DNA from: Phyllobates terribilis
Lineage: Eukaryota
Direction: 5' to 3'
NCBI RefSeq assembly: GCF_046119375.1
Contig: NW_027362764.1
Span: 57,412,001 to 57,476,000 of the forward strand
Length of the DNA: 64,000 bases
Below, piece after piece: positions 11,401 through 23,400 of this stretch (the stretch's first letter is position 1; every line of letters starts with the position of its first letter). Position numbers and translations under genes: made by a program. The notes below the pieces were generated by a model that was given only the letters and a program-made list of their open reading frames with translations, ran no database searches and was not told the DNA's origin.

Positions 11401-14400
11401 ATGGTGAGGGGTCTCTGGATCTATGCCCTCTTCTCCAGAAGGAAGAAAACAGTCTACGAAGTGCCACTTATACACTCTACGGATGGCACTAAAACCCTGG
11501 CTACAATGAAATTAGCACTTCAGAATCATGTTAATGTGGGAGGAGGGAAGGATTATAGGCTTTGTAAGAGATGCCTCCCATCATTTCCAACTTCTTAAAT
11601 ACCACTCACATTTCTCAGTGGCATTTAAGAGGTTTAAGGGACTCTGTTAGCACAGAGGCGTTCGGTGCACCGTTGGTGTGGCCAAACAGTTCAGTGCACC
11701 TTCCAACTTGTTTTCCATCTTTCTCCGCCCTTTTCTGGCTCCATAAAGTCAGCGCTGTCAATCAAAGTATACGGGGACAAAGATAGAGGGAAAACAAGTA
11801 GGTGGGAAGGTGCACTGAACTGTTTGGTCATACCAAGGGTGCACCAAGCGTCTGTGCTTGGTTTGAACAGTCATTCTGTGTTGATAGAGTCCCTTTAAAC
11901 TGCTGCGATCAGAGCTAGCTCCGACTGCAGCAGATTCAGGTTCTGGCTGTATGGAGCGGGCTCGTGTATGGTGGAGGCTGCCAAATGAAACATGGACAGA
12001 GTGGGTACTTAAGTGCTGGCACCAGCCGTGGATGGTGCTAGGAAGACAGTTTCATGGAAAGGAGGATTTTAGCACTGTTTTTCACCTTTCAGTCCCCTGC
12101 ACCCTCACACAGATTGGCCTCAGTTTGCCACATCTACCTTCAGAGCAGCATTGTCCGTGTCGCGCCCGATGTCTCTCTGCATGGTTTCATTTCTCAACTC
12201 AGCCTTCACTTTGGAAAGTTCGGCCTCCATCTGTTTTAGAGACTTGTGCAGGTTCAGTTTCTCTTTATTCCAGGCCTCTTTTTCTTCTGTAAACGAATCG
12301 ACGTTCATGCTCTGATCCCAGCCGGCCGGATAGGGCTGTGGGAGAGAAAGTGGAGCCGTCAACCATCGCTTCCAAAACTTACATCGTGTGAGCGTTTCTA
12401 CAGTATGGACGTCATTCACGCAAAACATATTCTCACGCAAAACATATTCTCACACAAATGGATTTTTTTCGGGACTTTTAGGAAGCTACAAAAATAGTTT
12501 CCTTAAAATAAAGCCAAGGATATCAACTCTTATTATGATTAAAAAAAGATGAGCAGCTTTCCTGAAAGCAGAAATTCAGGTCAGAGGTAAATGATAGCAA
12601 CGTCAGTAATCTAGAGTAGGAAAAATGGAAAAAAACAAAAACAAAACAAGATCCCTGGTGGCCAAGAGGGTAGAGAAGGAGTTGTTTAAAAAACAAAACA
12701 CCCACATTTCTAATGCTATAGGTTAAAATAAGTTGTCAAAGTGAACATTGCTGGTGTCCTAGCTTAACGAAAGGGTTATTGCCGGCTTTTTTGGTGGTCT
12801 AGGGTAATGGAGGAGTTGACTATTGTTTCACTGGTGGTCTAGGGATAATGAAGAAATGTATTCTTTTTGCTAATGGTGGTCTAAATTAATTAAGATGTTA
12901 ATACCTGGTATCTTGAGGTTTAGTTCTCTAGGTTCTGGTTGCTCTGACAGGAAGCTGATGTGGTGATGATGCCTGTGAGGCTGTGCCCTTAATGATGGGG
13001 CAGAGTGAGCACGATCACAATGCCTGATCATTAAGGGGAGCTTGGGGACTTGTGGCTGCACCCCTCGCCTGACCCCAGATTTAGCAAAGTCATAGTATGA
13101 ACATTAACTAGCATTATAGAGATTAGCAGGATGGTCTGGCTTATAGGGCAATGTATCAGCAGGATGCGGGCTACCCTCTGCGACAGCCTGTATTCTGCCT
13201 ACAAACAGTAATACTTCTTTCCTAACACTTACATGGTCTCCTGAGCCGTCTCGTGCCCTGTGATGGGCGATCTCTCCCTCCAGTCTGAGCAAGGCGTTCT
13301 GCAGGTCGTTCTTCTCGTTGGTTAATCTGCTCACATAGCCGGTCAGCTCCGCGTTCTGCGTCAGCAGCTTCTCAGTCAGGGAGTTACCTGACATGCCTGG
13401 CGGTAACACTAAATTCTGGACAGAAAAGACGCAAATCACTATGTAGTGAAATATCAGGATAATGAAAATATACAAAATAAAATATTTAAAATCTGTAGTC
13501 TCTTTTCAAAACTTCTGTTTGCCGTCAGCCTTGCTTCCATTTGGACAGGTCAAGCCTTGCAAAGTGACAAGAGGTCATAAAAAATATTCATAGGACCCTG
13601 GTTCAGGACCACGTTGGTAGTCTGTGACCACCAAAGCAGAGCTCTGCGAACGCCTCCTACCCTCAGCACCTCTTCTGATCAGTAAGCTCTTGTGGCGTCA
13701 TGTCTGGGTTGTAATGAAATTACGTCGTGGAGCCTCGTGATCGGAGGAGGCGCAGGGGATTATGGCAGCTGGCACTGTGCTAGGCTGAATCAGCTGAAAA
13801 GAAAATTAAGTAATTTCCTATATGTCTTAATGCAGCTACTATAAATGTATTTATCATCTCACCTGTCCCTGGAGTGACAATATGGACACTTGCTCCAGCT
13901 GAGACATCACCTCTTTGATTGCATTTTGTGACCAAGCAAAGTCGTTATCATCCGAAGCGTCAAATGTCGCCCTTCAATAGAAAAAACTAATTTAGATATG
14001 TGACCACAATTACATACAATACACTATGTGGACTGTAATAAGAACCTAATGCTGCCATATTAATAATAGGAACATAGTAAAGTGGTACATCTAATGCGTG
14101 ACTGGTCATCGGAGGATCTGCTACAAAAACATAAGGTAGGTCCAGAACTTACACCCCCATGAATGCTTTGATCTTCACAGCCTTGCACTTGTCATCATCA
14201 ATAAAAAATATAATATTTAAGTGTTACTCCAATTTAATAAAAAAAAAAAATCAGGTAAAATGTATATAAGTACAGAATATTTTATTGAAATACACAACTA
14301 CACAATACAAATAAAATGTCAAAGTTAATAGTAAAAACAATGAACAATGAAAGCAAGGGGAGGTTGATAGAGACACAAAATAATGAACATTAAGATCACA

Positions 14401-17400
14401 ATACCAAGGGTAGCCACCAGATGGCAGAATACTACCAAGGAATAATGATAACCGGTATGTGTAGGCACATACATACACACATTATATATACAGTACAGAC
14501 CAAAAGTTTGGACACACCTTCTCATTTAAAGATTTTTCTGTATTTTCATGACTATGAAAATTGTACATTCACACTGAAGGCATCAAAACTATGAATTAAC
14601 ACATGTGGAATTATATACTTAACAAAAAAGTGTGAAACAACTGAAAATATGTCTTATATTCTAGGTTCTTCAAAGTAGCCACCTTTTGCTTTGATGACTG
14701 CTTTGCACACTCTTGGCATTCTCTTGATGAGCTTCAAGAGGTAGTCACCGGAAATGGTCTTCCAACAATCTTGAAGGAGTTCCCAGAGATGCTTTGCACT
14801 TGTTGGCCCTTTTGCCTTGGGTTCAGGTCTGGTGACTGTGGAGGCCAGGTCATCTGGCGTAGCACCCCATCACTCTCCATCTTGGTCAAATAGCCCGTAC
14901 ACAGCCTGGAGGTGTGTTTGGGGTCATTGTCCTGTTGAAAAATAAATGATGGTCCAACTAAACGCAAACCGGATGGAATAGCATGCCGCTGCAAGATGCT
15001 GTGGTAGCCATGCTGGTTCAGTATGCCTTCAATTTTGAATAAATCCCCAACAGTGTCACCAGCAAAGCACCCCCACACCATCACACCTCCTCCTCCATGC
15101 TTCACGGTGGGAACCAGGCATGTAGAGTCCATCCGTTCACCTTTTCTGCGTCGCACAAAGACACGGTGGTTGAAACCAAAGATCTCAAATTTGGACTCAT
15201 CAGACCAAAGCACAGGTTTCCACTGGTCTAATGTCCATTCCTTGTGTTCTTTAGCCCAAACAAGTCTCTTCTGCTTGTTGCCTGTCCTTAGCAGAACTTA
15301 GAACTCTGTGTGGCATTGACCTGGTCTCTAATCTGAGCTGCTGTTAACCTGCGATTTCTGAGGATGGTGACTCGGATAAACTTATCCTCAGAAGCAGAGG
15401 TGACTCTTGGTCTTCCTTTCCTGGGGCGGTCCTCATGTGAGCCAGTTTCTTTGTAGCGCTTGATGGTTTTTGCAACTGCACTTGGGGACACTTTCAAAGT
15501 TTGCCCAATTTTTCGGACTGACTGACCTTCATTTCTTAAAGTAATGATGGCCACTCGTTTTTCTTTACTTAGCTGCTTTTTTTCTTGCCATAATACAAAT
15601 TCTAACAGTCTATTCAGTAGGACTATCAGCTGTGTATCCACCAGACTTCTACACAACACAACTGATGGTCCCAACCCCATTTATAAGGCAAGAAATCCCA
15701 CTTATTAAACCTGACAGGGCACACCTGTGAAGTGAAGACCATTTCCGGTGACTACCTCTTGAAGCTCATCAAGAGAATGCCAAGAGGGTGCAAAGCAGTC
15801 ATCAAAGCAAAAGGTGGCTACTTTGAAGAACCTAGAATATAAGACATATTTTCAGTTGTTTCACACTTTTTTGTTAAGTATATAATTCCACATGTGTTAA
15901 TTCATAGTTTTGATGCCTTCAGTGTGAATGTACAATTTTCATAGTCATGAAAATACAGAAAAATCTTTAAATGAGAAGGTGTGTCCAAAGTTTTGGTCTG
16001 TACTGTATATATANNNNNNNNNNNNNNNNNNNNNNNNNNNNNNNNNNNNNNNNNNNNNNNNNNNNNNNNNNNNNNNNNNNNNNNNNNNNNNNNNNNNNNN
16101 NNNNNNNNNNNNNNNNNNNNNNNNNNNNNNNNNNNNNNNNNNNNNNNNNNCAATTCTGCAAGTTACATATATAAAGATGTGGTGCAATGTAATGCACAAA
16201 AAGTAAAATCAATACTGAAAAAAATATAAATACATTATAATCGGACATACTTCAAAAAATAATAATAGACCGTGTTACCACATCAGCCTCCACCTCAGAC
16301 CCCAATGTGCGTTTTGACCCTACTTATATATATCCACAAAGTTAATTACAATGCAATTCTGCAAGTTAGATGTGGTGACACAGTCTATTATTTTTTGGGG
16401 TATGTCTGATTATAATGTACTTATATTTTTTCACTGCTGCTTTTACTTTTTGTGTATTACACTGCACCAAATCTTTATAAATCTAACTTGCAGAATTGCA
16501 CTATAATTAACTTTGTAGATATATATATATACCTGTACATACCGGTTATCATTTCTTGCTAGTAGTATTCTGCCAATTGGTGGCTACCCTTGGAATTGTA
16601 ATCTTATTTTCATTATTTTGTGTCTCTCATTGGCCTCTCCTGCTCCTCCTTCATTGTTTCTTAATTTTGCTATCAACTTTTAGATTTATATTGTGCAGTT
16701 GAGTATTTCAATAAAACATTTATTATGTATATATAGATTTGTCTGATTCTTTTAATTAAATTGGAGTAACACTTATATAATATTAGGCTTTTTCTGTGTG
16801 CTCTTATCTATATTGGAATTACTTTTTGGATTATAGGCTTATATCAATAGAATATAAACTGATGTATCTGTAAGAAGAATCATGATAGGTCGTAATCTGA
16901 TTATGGTCCTGATTATGGTCCAGAAACTCAATACCCAATGGTTGTAAAGGGATAAGCTGGCAAAGGCCACTTCATGACTGGCGCAGGTCGTGCACTATCC
17001 AACCTTATGGCCCAATATGGCTGTCAAGTGAAAAAGAAACCCCGCAGGGGGCGATCTTGAGTGCCAGAAGTGCTAAATATGGGAATAAGACATTAAAATG
17101 TGAGATGAGCAGAAGAATATTTCCCATATCTATATCAAATGGATGGCCGGAGGTCTATGGTTGTCCCCTAAAAATGCAGTTTAATTGAAAGTCAGCACAG
17201 TTTACGGAGGGTAAAGCCCCCGTCTCACATAGCGAGATCGCTGCTGTGTCACGGTTTTGGTGGCGCAACAGCGACCTCACCAGCGATGTCGCTATGTGTG
17301 ACACTTTGCAGCGATCAGGCCCCTGCTGTGAGGTCGCTGATCGCTGCAGAATGTCCTGGACCTTTTTTTGGTCGTTGCTCTCCCGCTGGTCAGTATACAT

Positions 17401-20400
17401 CGCTGTGTGTGACCAGCAGGAGCAGCGATCAGGCTGGTAACTATGGTAAACATCGGGTTACTAGGGGCACACGCGCACTTAGTAACCCGCTGTTTATCAT
17501 GGTTACGAGCCTGCTAAAGTGAGCGGTAACCTCCCGCTCACCGTAGCAGAGTGGTAACCATGATAAACAGCGGGCTACTAGGAGCGCGTGTGCCCCTAGT
17601 AACCCGCTGTTTATCATGGTTACCAGCCTGCTCCTGCTTCAGCAGGCTGGTAACCAGGAGCAGGACATCGTGGAAAGATTCTTTCCACGATGTCGCTGCT
17701 CCCCTGATCGTTGGTGAGCCTGCCTGTTTGACAGCTCACCAGCGACCACATAGCGACGCGGCAACTATCCCTGACAGGTCGTATCGTTGTCGGGATCGTT
17801 GCAGCGTCGCTAAGTGTGACGGGGCCTTTAGTCTTGTTTTTCTTTGTTCCACCACCCCAGGGGGTTTTCACTTCATGCCATTATTAGAGAACTGATGTCT
17901 ACTGCACCCTCTTACCTTCGAGTGGCTTTGGCTGCCAGATGTCTCAGTTTCGAGGAGACCTGTTGGAGCTTCCGTCTGATGGTGTCCATGTTGAATTCAG
18001 CTCCGTCTGCACCGGGATCCCCGTTCATTGCACTCAGAGGGTCGGGGCACAAAAGATTTGGGACGCTTCCTGCTGGCTGGTGGAGTTCACTTCTTGCAGA
18101 TACATTAATTGCATCCTGAAAAACAGATTAGGTAACCTGTCACTTTCTATAGGAGCCATGGACATCGGCTACCTAAATCTGTATCCAGAGAGCGCCCCCC
18201 GCAGGCAGAATTTTATCATAACAGATATGTAAATATATTATAACCCACATTGCACATAAATATTGGAGCATCTTCTCCACTATATTGAATAATATGTCCT
18301 TTATAGTTATATTAAAGTATCATAGCGACATTATTATTATTATTTTTTTTTTTACACACTCCTTACGCTGGCAACAAATATAAAAAGAGAGTGATTTTTT
18401 TTTTTTAAAAATTAGTGTTAGAATTCTGAAAAAAAAAAAAAAAGTTGCAAATTTTAGTGAATATCTGTGCTGTGCAAAAATGGACACCTTTTTTCAGTAA
18501 AAACTGGGCAGAGCTTGGTTATAGAAGTAGGACAAACCGACAAATTTACTAGAGATTTACGCCAGAAATTGACAAAGTTTTAGAAATTGTGGTGCAAAGA
18601 TGCACCAAAGTCATTAAAAGGCAGGAGCACCTCTTTAAAAAATTGGCACATCTTACACCTTTCAAGACTGGCATATGAAATTGCAGCCTTAATAATTCCC
18701 CCTGCTAAATCTTCCATTTTTAAAATGCACAATGTTAGAGGAGTAAATACTAAAGATAAGCCATTAGATTTGTGTGGCCCTGGTCCGGTGTCCTGCGTGG
18801 TAGGCCGTCTTCACTTCTGCGGCTGGCATCCTCCGCCAGGCATCCTAGGTCTCTGGTCACTTACTAGCCCCCCACGTTATGATGTGAAGATGGCATATTG
18901 AGGATGCCGGGCACAGAAATGAAATATGGCTTCCAAGGAAAACCGGACAGGACGCTGGACCAAGGGCAGCACAAATCTCCAGTATATACCCCTCTAGTTA
19001 TCACGTCCCTTCCCCTACAAACAGTAGTAATGAATGGACTACGCCTAGACCAGATAGATGACCACCCATGTCATTTATCTGGTGTCAGATATCATGGTCC
19101 CATGATTCATTAAAAAATGATAGTTATAAAAGACAACTTACAGAGGATTCGGGGAGCTCAGTCCTTTCTGAGCCATTTTCTTTGGTTCTCTCGCTGTTCT
19201 GGAGACTTCTCTCGCTGTTCTGGAGACTCTGAATTGTGTCTTTCAAGTGTCTCTCCTCTGCTTGAAGCCTCCTGATGTCCGTAACTTTGTCCTGTACCTG
19301 CCGTTGAAGCTCCTCCATCTCAGTCTTCAGTTCCTCTGTCCTTTTCGTGCTGAGTTTTGCAGCTTCTCTCTCTACCTCTTTTAGGAATCGTTGTCTCTCC
19401 TCATCCAGATTCTGCCTCAGTTGGACACTTTCCAGCTTGTATCCCTCAGACTCCATCACTAACTCTATGATACGATGATGTTTGGCATCTAGCTGGGCCT
19501 GGAGGTCTCTCAGCAGCTCCTCGGTTGGGCTGTGACCTTCTGATTCCCCGGTTCCTTCGATGCTCCGCACTCGAGCCTCTAGACCTTGCTTACATTCGAG
19601 ACCAATGGCCAGCTCGCCAGATCGCGTCCTTTCTGCAGCCAGGAAAGCCTGGAGTTCTGACACTTTGCTTCTCTCCTGTGAAAGTGTGGCATCATATAGA
19701 CTTTCCTTGGTGGTGAGCTGCTCCTGGAGGCTTTTTACAAGCAGCTGCTCCTCTTCCAACTGATGTCTGAAGTCACGAGTCTTGGTCTTCTGCTCTTCTA
19801 AGAGTATTTGGAAGTCCTAAAAACAAAAACATAATTTTGGTTGGTTCCATTACCTTTGCTATGTTTATCTCAGGCCAAGGCTGAGATAAACAATGCTCAT
19901 TGCGCAACACTGCCACAGTCCGTAGGACCCAGTGATCACCGGGTGCCCCTGGCATGGTGGGTCTGCTGAGTCCTAGAAAAGCCAAGACAGAGATATTCTC
20001 CATTGATGAACACTATGGAGGCCCCAGCTACTGTTACAGTGGAAGACTGAAAAATATATATAAAAAAACAAAACAACAAACTTGTACATTATACTCCAGA
20101 GCTGCACTCACTATTCTGCTGGTGCAGTCACTGTGTACATACATTACATTACTGATCCTGAGTTACATCCTGTATTATACTCCAGAGCTGCACTCACTAT
20201 TCTGCTGGTGCAGTCACTGTGTACATACATTACATTATTGATCCTGTACTGATCCTGAGTTACATCCTGTATTATACTCCAGAGCTGCACTCACTATTCT
20301 GCTGGTGGAGTCACTGTGTACATACATTACATTACTGATCCTGTACTGATCCTGAGTTACATCCTGTATTACGCTCCAGAGCTGCACTCACTATTCTGCT

Positions 20401-23400
20401 GTTGCAGTCACTGTGTACATACATTACATTACTGATCATGTACTGATCCTGAGTTACATCCTGTATTCAACTCCAGAGCTGCACTCACTATTCTGCTGGT
20501 GCAGTCACTGTGTACATACATTACATTACTGATCCGGAGTTACATCCTGTATTATACTCCAGAGCTGCACTCACTATTCTGCTGGTGGAGTCACTGTGTA
20601 CATACATTACATTACTGATCCTGTACTGATCCTGAGTTACATCCTGTATTACACTCCAGAGCTGCACTCACTATTCTGCTGGTGCAGGCACTGTGTACAT
20701 ACATTACATTACTGATCCTGTACTGATCCTGAGTTACATCCTGTATTACACTCCAGAGCTGCACTCACTATTCTGCTGGTGCAGTCACAGTGTACATACA
20801 TTACATTACTAATCCTAAGTTACATCTTGTATTACACTCCAGAGCTGCACTCACTATTCTGCTGGTGCAGTCACTGTGTACATACATTACATTACTGATC
20901 CGGAGTTACATCCTGTATTATACTCCAGAGCTGCACTCACTATTCTGCTGGTGCAGTCACTGTGTACATACATTACATTATTGATCCTGTACTGATCCTG
21001 AGTTACATCCTGTATTATACTCCAGAGCTGCACTCACTATTCTGCTGGTGGAGTCACTGTGTACATACATTACATTACTGATCCTGAGTTACATCCTGTA
21101 TTACACTCCAGAGCTGCACTCACTATTCTGCTGGTGCAGGCACTGTGTACATACATTACATTACTGATCCTGTACTGATCCTGAGTTACATCCTGTATTA
21201 CACTCCAGAGCTGCACTCACTATTCTGCTGGTGCAGTCACAGTGTACATACATTACATTACTAATCCTAAGTTACATCTTGTATTACACTCCAGAGCTGC
21301 ACTCACTATTCTGCTGGTGCAGTCACTGTGTACATACATTACATTACTGATCCTGAGTTACCTCCTGTATTATACTCCAGAGCTGCACTCACTATTCTGC
21401 TGGTGCAGTCACTGTGTACATACATTACATTACTGATCCTGAGTTACATCCTGTATTATACTCCAGAGCTGCACTCACTATTCTGCTGGTGCAGTCACTG
21501 TGTACATACATTACATTACTGATCCGGAGTTACATCCTGTATTATACTCCAGAGCTGCACTCACTATTCTGCTGGTGCAGTCACTGTGTACATACATTAC
21601 ATTACTGATCCTGTACTGATCCTGAGTTACATCCTGTATTATACTCCAGAGCTGCACTCACTATTCTGCTGGTGCAGTCACTGTGTACATACATTACATT
21701 ACTGATCCTGAGTTACATCCTGTATTATACTCCAGAGCTGCACTCACTATTCTGCTGGTGCCGTCACTGTGTACATACATTACATTACTGATCCTGAGTT
21801 ATATCTTGTATTATACTCCAGAGCTGCACTCACTATTCTGCTGGTGCAGTCACTGTGTACATACATTACATTACTGATCCTGTACTGATCCTGAGTTACC
21901 TCCTGTATTATACTCCAGAGCTGCACTCACTATTCTGCTGGTGCAGTCACTGTGTACATACATTATATTACTGATCCTGTACTGATCCTGAGTTACCTCC
22001 TGTATTATACTCCAGAGCTGCACTCACTATTCTGCTGGTGGAGTCAGTGTGTAAATACATTACTTATTAGGTATTATAAAGCTGCATTCACAGATCTGCT
22101 GGTTGTTATTGGAAATGGTCAGTAAGCTTCTTGTCAGACACTCCTTTAAACAGATTCTTTTAACTCCCATAATGCAACGAGGCAGTTACTTTTTCCTACA
22201 TCAGATGACTGTGCAGAGCTGCGCTCACAATTCTGCCAGTTCACATGTCACTAAGCTCATACCCTAACAGATGTCAGCTATTCCTGGTGTAAACATTACA
22301 TTTTGCAGCAAGAACTACAACTTTGTGCAAACTCTGCACCAGTGTTGAGAGATTTCAGCTCCCTGAAGAATAGTGAGTGCAGCTTTGGATTCAGGTTATA
22401 ACCCAGGATCAGTACAAGATAAGTAATGCAATCTGATTACAAAGTTACATCGCTGCTTATGAAGATGAATAATAGAAGTAACTGATCTTTCATGGACATT
22501 AGTTACAGCGGGTGTTAGGCTCTGTACGGTGTCCTCGCCAGGTATGGGTCTTCTGTCCTGGCGTCTCACCTCCAGCTCTTCCTTCTCTTGCTGCTCACTA
22601 CGCTCGCTCTTCGTCTTCTCTTTCTCCAGAGCCCACTGCAGCTCTCTGCTCTTCTTCTGCTCGTTTACCAAGGCGTTGTTAATGCTGTCCAGCTCCTCAC
22701 GTCTCTTCTTCAGCTCCATCCTGATTATAGATGGGATATTTAGTGCAATAAAAGCCTTCAATTCAGATCATTAAAATCCTACAATCTGCTTTCATTCTGG
22801 GTAATGATGGGACTGCTGTGTAACTTGCTCTTTGGCCTCCTGTGCACAATTTTTATCAGGTCTCCACCACCTGCCATTTATAACATTGGTGCCAGATGGG
22901 CCTTGGGACCCCCATAGTCCCAAGGGCCCAGGTGTCATAGTTGTGTCCTCTAGCGTAAAGCCAGCCCAGGCCTCCATGACAGGTCCACATGAGGCATGCT
23001 GCAAGAAAGGAGCGTTACCTCCCGGTCTTGTTTGCTCGACACAACTGTCAATCATTACAGAGTCCAAGAGCAAAGATCCAGCGCATCGAAAAAATATTCG
23101 CTTTATTTTCCAATGATTAAAAAAAATGGCAATGGAAGTATGGCATGCCAAAAACTTGTAAAAAAAAGTCCCTTATTAGACCATAATAGTTGACGCATTT
23201 CAAGGCAAACCTGGTTATGAGTAGATTGCGTTAGATTGCCTCGAAATGAGTCAACTATTATGGTTGATGCAAGTCGTCTCCTTCAGCCACAAGACTCTTT
23301 CCAGATTAATTACAAGTTTCATTGACAGCTCTCCCCCTAAAATAATAATTCTGGAGGTCTTTTTTTTTTAGGCATTTTCTTTGTCCCTTTCTTAAAGGGG

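Larger units (their letters stand above)
14211..16783. repeat. Diverged foldback structure (outer arms about 14211-14465 and 16533-16783)
   Basis: The arms are imperfect reverse complements (aagtgttactccaattta...ccaagggtagccacc...gataaccggtatgt). They enclose a Tc1 element, a gap and an inner hairpin. Confidence 0.75.

Noticed and set aside
20088-22075. CRISPR-like appearance of the regular 86-bp array (also 9284-10852 and 53507-54661)
   Set aside because: Whole units repeat with no unique spacers, there are no cas genes, and the context is a vertebrate intron.
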